This document shows positions 7,748 through 14,261 of a DNA stretch of 26,632 bases, in pieces. Each line of letters opens with the position of its first letter. Positions within the stretch are counted from its first letter, which is position 1. This DNA comes from a virus (Duplodnaviria; Caudoviricetes), in IMG/VR virus record IMGVR_UViG_3300010358_000014, positions 1-26,632 of that record. One strand, written 5' to 3'. A program made the translations under genes and the position numbers. Below the pieces are notes generated by a model. It was not told the DNA's origin. It saw only the letters and a list, made by a program, of their open reading frames with translations, and made no database searches.

Positions 7748-8305
7748 ATGGCCAGATGGGCTCTCAAGGACAAGCACTACCTTAACGTCCCTGGAACTGA
7801 ATGGGAATATAAGGAAACTGATCGAGATACCGGTCGTCAGCGCAGAATGGTTCTAGCTGTCCCACTGTACCTCGATCCGAAGGACAACGCCGATTGGAAT
7901 GACAAGGTCAATGAGATGATTGTGGTCAGCAATAAGTTCGACCCTGCTCATCCGCATGACCATGTCTTCATTGGCAATCCTACTCCAGACATGGAACCTC
8001 TGGACGATGAAGCTCATGCTATAACGGAAGACTTTATTAGCCGTGGGGTCTGGATACATCCAATCGACTCGCTGAATATGTCGTACTCTCAATCGGTCCT
8101 CAGTAGCCTCGAACTACAAATCGTTCAAGCCGTCAAGGATAACGTCCGAGTAGCTCAGGTGCCCAATGTCTCCGCTGGTAGTGTTACTAAGAAGCAGTTC
8201 GATGATCTGCAAAGCACCGTTAAGCAGCTGATGGAGCAGAATGCTTCACTACAGAATCAGATCATTGAGCAGGGGAAGTCTAAAGGATTTGCAAGGCGGT
8301 TCTGA
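7748..8305 (+). CDS. Hypothetical protein, 185 aa (MARW...PTPDMEPLD, C-terminal coiled coil)
   Basis: Long ORF in operon context, TGATG coupling to next gene; heptad pattern FDDLQSTVKQLMEQNASLQNQI. Confidence 0.8.
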   Translation: MARWALKDKHYLNVPGTEWEYKETDRDTGRQRRMVLAVPLYLDPKDNADWNDKVNEMIVVSNKFDPAHPHDHVFIGNPTPDMEPLDDEAHAITEDFISRGVWIHPIDSLNMSYSQSVLSSLELQIVQAVKDNVRVAQVPNVSAGSVTKKQFDDLQSTVKQLMEQNASLQNQIIEQGKSKGFARRF

Positions 8306-8715
8306 TGGACCTAGACCAATCTGGTAATGCTTGGCAACGGGCTAGAACCTATCTAGGCCCAACATTGGGGTGGCTCGATGTACAGGTCAAACCGACGAGA
8401 TTTATTACCACGGCCGGAACGTATACCGTGGCTCCTGGCGACAGTGTTATCTTTGTTAATGTGGCTGGTGCTGTTACTATTAATCTCCCGGATGTTAGGC
8501 TGTGGGTTAACGAGTATGCATACCAGCCAGCCACAGGATTTGAACGAGCCATCTGGATCAAAGATTTGGGTAACGCCGCTGCCTTCCCAATCCAAATAGT
8601 ACCATTCGGCACACAGAAGATAGACAAGACCTTAGCCACAATGACTATAGTGCAGAACCGACAGCTAGTTAGGTTATATCCGTTCAACGAGCTTGATGGA
8701 TGGTGGTCAGGATGA
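8305..8715 (+). CDS. Putative fibre adaptor/structural protein, 136 aa
   Basis: TYTV..GD.VIFVN..GAVTINLP....G...IWIKD..N....PI.I.P.G.QKID...TI..N...VRLYP...GW, a beta-rich module common in phage fibre proteins; coupled on both sides. Confidence 0.7.
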   Translation: MDLDQSGNAWQRARTYLGPTLGWLDVQVKPTRFITTAGTYTVAPGDSVIFVNVAGAVTINLPDVRLWVNEYAYQPATGFERAIWIKDLGNAAAFPIQIVPFGTQKIDKTLATMTIVQNRQLVRLYPFNELDGWWSG

Positions 8716-10850
8716 AAAGGCTTGTTGCATTTGCGCTGTCGTTGCTATCCTCGTCTGTGTCGGCGCAGGATATTACACAGTTTGCTGTTCCTTATAGTGG
8801 TGGCCCTGGTACTGTTGGTTGGCTTGCCGTAGGCCCATGTGCTACTGGATTGACCATAGGCTGGCCCGGCGGTGTTGGTGCAGCTCCAGCTTGTGTTGCT
8901 GGTGGCGGTGGCGGCGCAGTAGCATCTGTTACAGGTACAGCGCCAATAACGGCTAGCCCAACCACAGGCGCAGTTGTTGCTGGTATCAACCTTAGCTCTA
9001 GCTTCACTGTGACAGCGGGCAATCTAGCTCTCGCAGGCATACCGCAGAACACAGTATTGGGCAGCGTTACGGCTGGCTCTACCACACCAGTAGCCCTAAC
9101 CGCAACACAATTGACGACTCTATGCAATGCATTTACATCAGTGATAAGTGGCTGTGTCACAGCTAGTGGTGGCGGTACAGTTAACTTCCTAAGAGCCGAT
9201 GGCACGTGGGCAGCGCCGACCGGAGCAACTGGTATAACCACTATCAATGCCTATACCGGCCCTGCAATAACTATCAGCAATGCTACCAATTCTGGTGTAT
9301 TAGTCACTAATCCAGGCTCCAATACAGTTGCTATCTCGGGTGTACAGTTCACGTCTACTGTCCCTGGCATAGTTCCGGCAAGTCTTGGAGGCGCAACAAA
9401 CTTCCTGCGAGCAGACGGAACGTGGGCTGCTCCAACATTTACTGGTGTTTCGTCATTAAATGGACTAACTGGGGCCCTTGCTATTACTGCCGGTTCTGGT
9501 ATCTCAGTCTCGCCAAGCGGCTCTAACATCCAGGTCACAGGCACATTGTTTGGTTCCGCTGTTCAAGGACAAGTTCCAGGCAGCGGTGGTGGTACAGCTA
9601 ATTTCCTGAGGGCGGATGGGGCTTGGTCGGCACCGCCAGCAGGGCCTATTGCAGTTGGCACTACAGCTATTACTGGCGGCACATCTGGCAACTATGTCTA
9701 TGATAACGCTGGCGTTGTTGGCGAGAAGACGCCAACACAGGTTACAGCTGACCTTAATGTATTCACATCTACACTTAAAGGCCTAGCCCCATTTAGCGGC
9801 GGTGGCACGGTCAATTTCTTGCGTGCTGACGGTACTTGGGCCGCTCCCCCTGGTGGTGGCGGCGCAGCTACTATAGTTGCGCCGCAGGGTCGGTTGTCAT
9901 TGGTGAATGGCCAACCAGTGATGACTGGCAGCAATACTAATAACACGATCTATTACTTATGCTATATGGGCAATCAGGTGCCGTATTTTAACGGCACAAC
10001 TGATGTATTAGATACGGTTCCGGGCTGTGCGGTTTCCGTTACGATGGCTGCTTCTGGTACTGGTGTGATTAATGCTGGTGGAGTATTTGATGTTTGGTGG
10101 GTGAATACCGGGGGCAATAAACTTTGTATTGCTACCAATAATGCTGGTGGGGGCTGGGCTAGCGACACGTCCGGCACTAACCAAGGGCGTGGTACTGGTT
10201 ACTCTGCAATTAGTCGTCTTAGGCCATACATTACTAACACCAATGCTATTAGCTTTTGCTACAATGGCGCTAACAACTATGGCCCTGTATCGGCTAATCA
10301 AGCGACTTATCTCGGTACATTCTATTCAAGCGCTGCTGGCACAACGTCGGTCGGCCTCAATATAACTAATACTGGTTCGCTTGGTCCAGGTACAGTCTAT
10401 CTCTGGAATATGTACAATCGTGTTCAGTTAACAACATGGGCCAGTGATGCCACTGGAAGCTGGACGTTTACTAGTGGGGCTGGTACTAGATTTATGAATG
10501 GCTCGGCATCCAATCGAATAAACTTCGTGATTGGAGTAGCTGAGGACAGCATTGATATGTCCTTCATGAGCACGGCGACAGCGGGTGCCGCTGGTAACTC
10601 TGTGTTTAATGGATTCGCACTTGATTATAACACAGCATCTGGTGGAGCAAGTACCGTATTCGATAGTAAGGCTCTAGGGTATTCCAATGCAGGTGTTATT
10701 CAAACTACACTAAATGGCAGGCGTTCCTACGCATCGTTAGTTGGTTTCCATTTCGTTCAAATGCTGGAATGGACTGATAATGGGACCACTAATGCTACAG
10801 GTCAAGCTGGAAATGCCCTTCAGAATTTGATGTATTCGTCGAGATGGTAA
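8712..10850 (+). CDS. Fibre/receptor-binding-like protein, 712 aa, with N-terminal signal peptide
   Basis: ATG 8712 overlaps the upstream TGA; MKRLVAFALSLLSSSVSA|QD; Gly/Thr/Ala-rich shaft with four FLRADGxW repeats; ~320-aa beta-rich C-terminal domain starting APQGRLSL; 8 Cys. Confidence 0.8.
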   Translation: MKRLVAFALSLLSSSVSAQDITQFAVPYSGGPGTVGWLAVGPCATGLTIGWPGGVGAAPACVAGGGGGAVASVTGTAPITASPTTGAVVAGINLSSSFTVTAGNLALAGIPQNTVLGSVTAGSTTPVALTATQLTTLCNAFTSVISGCVTASGGGTVNFLRADGTWAAPTGATGITTINAYTGPAITISNATNSGVLVTNPGSNTVAISGVQFTSTVPGIVPASLGGATNFLRADGTWAAPTFTGVSSLNGLTGALAITAGSGISVSPSGSNIQVTGTLFGSAVQGQVPGSGGGTANFLRADGAWSAPPAGPIAVGTTAITGGTSGNYVYDNAGVVGEKTPTQVTADLNVFTSTLKGLAPFSGGGTVNFLRADGTWAAPPGGGGAATIVAPQGRLSLVNGQPVMTGSNTNNTIYYLCYMGNQVPYFNGTTDVLDTVPGCAVSVTMAASGTGVINAGGVFDVWWVNTGGNKLCIATNNAGGGWASDTSGTNQGRGTGYSAISRLRPYITNTNAISFCYNGANNYGPVSANQATYLGTFYSSAAGTTSVGLNITNTGSLGPGTVYLWNMYNRVQLTTWASDATGSWTFTSGAGTRFMNGSASNRINFVIGVAEDSIDMSFMSTATAGAAGNSVFNGFALDYNTASGGASTVFDSKALGYSNAGVIQTTLNGRRSYASLVGFHFVQMLEWTDNGTTNATGQAGNALQNLMYSSRW
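9132..9848 (+). repeat. Four dispersed 29-codon repeats F-x-S-x3-G-x-[VA]-x2-S-x-GG-x2-NFLRADG-[TA]-W-[AS]-AP in the fibre gene
   Basis: Copies at 9132-9218, 9348-9434, 9549-9635, 9762-9848 (start-to-start 216, 201, 213 nt); synonymous positions diverged. Confidence 0.9.
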
Positions 10851-10851
10851 A

Positions 10852-11802
10852 ATGACAGTCTCAACAACCACTAACAAAATCACTTACGCTGGCGATGGCG
10901 CAACCACAAACTTTACCTTTCCATTCCCTGGTGTGGCCGCAACTGACATTCAGGTCATAACTGTAAGTAACACTGGCGTCATAACAATTCTTCCTGCTAA
11001 TCAATATACCATCGTTCTCAACCCACCGATAGCGCCGAACCCAACCGGCATTGGGGGCCAAGTTACACTCCTTGGCACGCCGCTACCGGTGGGGTCCTCT
11101 GTGACTATTCTTCGAACCCTACCGTTGATTCAAGGAACCTCATTAGCTAATCAGGCTATTCTATATCAAATTGCTATTGAATCTGCTCTCGACTATGTTA
11201 CCATGCTCTGTCAGCAATTAAATGAGTTAGAGAACAGAGCAATTGTAGTCCCGGCAACCGATCCACAGCCAACGCCGTTGCCAGCCGCAGCGGCCAGGGC
11301 CACGCTGTTTATGGCATTTGACTCTGCTGGCAATCCTATAGCCACCCCTGGAGTTATTGGCAATGTTGTTGTTTCTAGCGTTATGGTTCCAGTTGTTACA
11401 GCTTCGACCCTTGCCAATGCTAGAGCAGCAATGGGAGTCGGAACTCCAAACTTAGGCCTACAGCTTGGTGTATCTGGTGCTGGTTTGATGGATGCTAATT
11501 CTCCAATAGTTCATGTTTCTGGCAGTTTTACCATACTGCCATCCCATCACATGACTAGATTCTCCTGCGACACTACACTAACTATTACCCTCCCAAGGGC
11601 CAATACCTTATGGAACGGATTCGGTTTTTGGATTTCAACACGAACCCATGCCTTGACCGTAACTCCAAACGCTGCTGATAGCATAAACGTACTGCCAGCT
11701 GGCGCATCGCTTAACATACAGCCCATGAATCCATCTCAGCCAGGTCCCTTTACTTACTGGATGTCAACCGATGCCGCAGCCGCAGGCGTATGGCTTATAT
11801 AG
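10852..11802 (+). CDS. Short tail fibre anchor/adaptor with T7 gp17-like N-terminal domain
   Basis: MTVSTT...TYAGDGATTNFTFPF....DIQV, GG.VT, VTILR.LP..Q...L.NQ, IESALDY.TML.QQL.E, R....AFD..GNP; only 316 aa, ends in a TITLP...G...LTVTP...DSIN module. Confidence 0.85.
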   Translation: MTVSTTTNKITYAGDGATTNFTFPFPGVAATDIQVITVSNTGVITILPANQYTIVLNPPIAPNPTGIGGQVTLLGTPLPVGSSVTILRTLPLIQGTSLANQAILYQIAIESALDYVTMLCQQLNELENRAIVVPATDPQPTPLPAAAARATLFMAFDSAGNPIATPGVIGNVVVSSVMVPVVTASTLANARAAMGVGTPNLGLQLGVSGAGLMDANSPIVHVSGSFTILPSHHMTRFSCDTTLTITLPRANTLWNGFGFWISTRTHALTVTPNAADSINVLPAGASLNIQPMNPSQPGPFTYWMSTDAAAAGVWLI

Positions 11803-11811
11803 GAGGCAGAG

Positions 11812-11967
11812 ATGCCATCGGAAACTCGAAAGCAAGCAATAGCGATGATGCTCGCTGCTAAGGGCAAGGGCAACATCGGCATACCGCCGTCCGTAGGAAA
11901 AGAGTTCCACGCAGCAGATAAGAGGACTGGAATTCTTAGAAAGAAGAAGGGCGAAAAGAATGGCTAA
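11812..11967 (+). CDS. Small basic phage protein, 51 aa (not in ORF track)
   Basis: RBS AGGAGG at 11801-11806; MPSETRKQAIAMMLAAKGKGNIGIPPSVGKEFHAADKRTGILRKKKGEKNG; resembles a recurrent phage family MPSxSxKQ...M...GIPxSVGKEFxxAD. Confidence 0.75.
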   Translation: MPSETRKQAIAMMLAAKGKGNIGIPPSVGKEFHAADKRTGILRKKKGEKNG

Positions 11968-12325
11968 CCTACCCTTCAATCCACTTGACTTAGAGTCGCT
12001 GTATAGCGTCGATCCTGATGACCCAAATCCGGTCTCGGATCTAATTCCGCCTAAGATTCTGTTACTGGCGTGGCATCTGCATAACATGATCTACATTCGA
12101 TTCTTCTATGAGCAGATCGGTATGCAGCCACCAGAATGGACTAAAGGCGAGATGGCAAGATCGCAGAAGGTTCTATTAGATCAACTTGACATTGAGAATA
12201 GTCAAGGTGGTCGATTTCGTAGAAGGGAGATGAGAGATGAAGCAAGGTCGAGCAGACAAGAGCGGGAGAGAAAGTTGGAAAGTGGAACCGATCTCCCGGA
12301 AAGTGGACATAGAAGACGTTTCTAA
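11960..12325 (+). CDS. Hypothetical protein, 121 aa
   Basis: 8-nt overlap with upstream gene; last 89 nt overlap the next gene. Confidence 0.6.
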   Translation: MANLPFNPLDLESLYSVDPDDPNPVSDLIPPKILLLAWHLHNMIYIRFFYEQIGMQPPEWTKGEMARSQKVLLDQLDIENSQGGRFRRREMRDEARSSRQERERKLESGTDLPESGHRRRF

Positions 12326-12470
12326 TCTAGGGCTGAGTAGGCCCTGGAGAAAGGATGAAGATGTCGTCGAAGAGCGAGGGTTTAACCCTACAAGAACGGA
12401 CCGACCGGCTCTTGGGCCGGGTGGCGGGAGGACCATACACCCCCATGGCTCCCAAGGAAAGCACAAGTGA
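12237..12470 (+). CDS. Small hydrophilic protein, 77 aa (GGGxTIHxxGSQ family)
   Basis: GGGAG RBS at 12225-12229; C-terminal motif shared with 12723..12992. Confidence 0.65.
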   Translation: MKQGRADKSGRESWKVEPISRKVDIEDVSNLGLSRPWRKDEDVVEERGFNPTRTDRPALGPGGGRTIHPHGSQGKHK

Positions 12471-12492
12471 ACCACCAAAGAAGGAGATGGAA

Positions 12493-12726
12493 ATGGTTGA
12501 AGAGGAAAAGGTACCAGAGTTTGATGTCGATAAGGTCGAGGCCTTACTTGGCATTCTAGCAGACCTTAAAGACGCAACTGTATTCCCTTCTATTAGGGAA
12601 TCTGCGGCAATGCAACTTGCTGCGATCGATAGAGAGCTTTGGGAAGAACTCTATCCAGAGCAAGCTGAGGCCGAGGCAAAGAGGCTAGAGGAGTTACAGA
12701 AGGCAGAAGAGGAGAAAGCAGCATGA
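12493..12726 (+). CDS. Acidic helical hypothetical protein, 77 aa
   Basis: AAGGAG RBS at 12481-12486 favours ATG 12493 over 12355; Glu-rich coiled-coil-like C-terminus; ATGA overlap with next gene. Confidence 0.65.
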   Translation: MVEEEKVPEFDVDKVEALLGILADLKDATVFPSIRESAAMQLAAIDRELWEELYPEQAEAEAKRLEELQKAEEEKAA

Positions 12727-12992
12727 AAGGCGGTCGAGACATTCTCAGCGAATATGGGCGGGACATCCCACATCCTCAGGCCCCTCCTGCCAAGTCTGGT
12801 GGAGTCATGCAAGCGAAGGATGTGATGAAATATGAGCCCCCACGTGGCCCAACTAATATCCACGATCCTGAGTCCCCTGGCCTTCATGGCGACAATCACG
12901 GAATGGCTCAGTGTCCAGTAGCTAGTCGTGGCGAGGGTGGCCGTGCTGGCGGTGGTCACACTATACATAGAAGTGGGAGTCAACGAGGATGA
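12723..12992 (+). CDS. Small Gly/Pro/His-rich protein, 89 aa (GGGxTIHxxGSQ family)
   Basis: GGAG RBS, ATGA overlaps on both sides; motif shared with 12237..12470. Confidence 0.7.
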   Translation: MKGGRDILSEYGRDIPHPQAPPAKSGGVMQAKDVMKYEPPRGPTNIHDPESPGLHGDNHGMAQCPVASRGEGGRAGGGHTIHRSGSQRG

Positions 12993-13234
12993 CTGACACA
13001 CCACAAAGAGAAATGACTTTCGGCGAGAAAGCTGTGGGTTTAACCTTTAACCCAAGTGGCAGCGAGGACGTGGAGCACATTAAGAAGCTTTACGCTGAGG
13101 TCATCGACTTCTGTAATGATTGGCGCAAAGGCAACGGTAGTGACGAGGCAGCACGGTTGTTCTCTATCGCCATCACCGAAGCTCAAGGTGCACAAATGTG
13201 GGCCGTCAAAGCCATCACTTGGAGAGATGAGTGA
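12989..13234 (+). CDS. Acb2/Tad1-like helical hairpin protein (candidate anti-defence nucleotide sponge)
   Basis: 81 aa; FGEKAVGLTFNPSG...IK...AE.ID helix followed by RLFSIAITEAQGAQMWAVKAIT, matching the R..S.A.T..E.A.MWA.KA signature of Acb2/Vs.4/Tad1-type proteins. Confidence 0.6.
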   Translation: MTDTPQREMTFGEKAVGLTFNPSGSEDVEHIKKLYAEVIDFCNDWRKGNGSDEAARLFSIAITEAQGAQMWAVKAITWRDE

Positions 13235-14043
13235 CAAGTGAAGTAGACATAGCGAATCGAGCGCTCTCTGCCATAGGGACCAGGTCGCAGATAGCATCGC
13301 TCGATGAGGGCTCCAACGAGAGTATTCAGGTTAAGCTCTTGTTGGAGCCTCTTCGAGATGAAGTTCTGCGCTTGGCTCCATGGAATTGTGCGCATAACTT
13401 TGTCAATCTTGCGCTAATCTGTGCAGCGCCGGGAACGCCAGAGAATCCAACCCCTGGCACAACGCAATGGCAGCGAGGGATACCTCCACCACCTTGGAGC
13501 TTTGAGTATGCTTATCCTTCAGATTGCCTTAGGCCGCTATATATTGTCCCTCAGTTTTCTACCGGCTTCGCTAGCGGGGTGCCGATTACGACGGCTGTCA
13601 CCGGAGGCGCTCCTGCATTTTGGAATGGTCCTCCAGTGCGGTTCAAGGTCGCAATTGACCAGATTGGACAAGATGGAAGGCCAGCAGATGGAGGGGCAGA
13701 CACTAGGGTCATCCTCACCAACCAAGAGCAAGCCATACTCTGCTATAATCGGCGGGTTATCAATCCTGACGTATGGGACGATCAATTTCAGCAAGCTCTA
13801 GTCGCTGCGCTAGGCGGAAGACTTGCCATTGCGCTTACCGGGGACAAAGGACTAGCGCAGATGAAGATTCAGGAGGCTAATCAGTTCATAACACTAGCCC
13901 GACAAACTGACGGCAACGAAGGCCTAACAATCAACGATGTAACTCCCGACTGGATACGCACCCGTGGGATTAGCTATCAAGCTTGGGAGTTCAGCCCGAA
14001 CATCATGTTCGATTGGGGTCCAGCGCTAACTATGTACTACTGA
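13231..14043 (+). CDS. Tail tubular protein A / head-tail adaptor (T7 gp11-like)
   Basis: GTG start with GGAG RBS; SEVDIANRAL..IG...IASLDEGS.E, RD..LR..PWN.A, W.FEYAYPSDCLR, WD..F..AL...L...LA..LTG, A...DGNEG. Confidence 0.88.
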   Translation: MTSEVDIANRALSAIGTRSQIASLDEGSNESIQVKLLLEPLRDEVLRLAPWNCAHNFVNLALICAAPGTPENPTPGTTQWQRGIPPPPWSFEYAYPSDCLRPLYIVPQFSTGFASGVPITTAVTGGAPAFWNGPPVRFKVAIDQIGQDGRPADGGADTRVILTNQEQAILCYNRRVINPDVWDDQFQQALVAALGGRLAIALTGDKGLAQMKIQEANQFITLARQTDGNEGLTINDVTPDWIRTRGISYQAWEFSPNIMFDWGPALTMYY

Positions 14044-14045
14044 GG

Positions 14046-14246
14046 ATGAAACAACGTGCATGGGTACTCAGCGAAGATGAGAAACGAGAGATTGAGAAAC
14101 TCTACCGAGCTGGTGTTCCGGCTCGCTTGATTGCTCCACGGTACGGGGTCACGCCGTCAACTGTGTGGAATTTAGCATGGCGTCGTAAGATCAAGCGTTC
14201 GTGGTGGACTGCGTTGGAGCGGTGGAATAAGGAGCATAAGTGGTAA
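14046..14246 (+). CDS. Small helix-turn-helix protein, 66 aa
   Basis: ATG 14046 two nt after the adaptor stop; LSEDEKREIEKLYRAGVPARLIAPRYGVTPSTVWNL is a Hin/resolvase-like HTH pattern; Trp/Arg-rich tail. Confidence 0.65.
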   Translation: MKQRAWVLSEDEKREIEKLYRAGVPARLIAPRYGVTPSTVWNLAWRRKIKRSWWTALERWNKEHKW

Positions 14247-14261
14247 AGTGCTGGGTCGGTG

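Noticed and set aside
8792-10301. Several long minus-strand ORFs opposite the fibre gene (also opposite capsid, nozzle and ejection genes)
   Set aside because: Shadow frames of Gly/Ala/Thr-rich coding sequence; no protein motifs; the + strand is fully occupied
9849-10850. Diversity-generating retroelement target, given BPP-1-like head genes
   Set aside because: No reverse transcriptase and no template/variable repeat pair seen in the window; the C-terminus does not look like a C-type lectin VR
12355-12492. Longer 123-aa version of the acidic ORF
   Set aside because: Would overlap the 12237 gene by 116 nt; the strong RBS precedes ATG 12493
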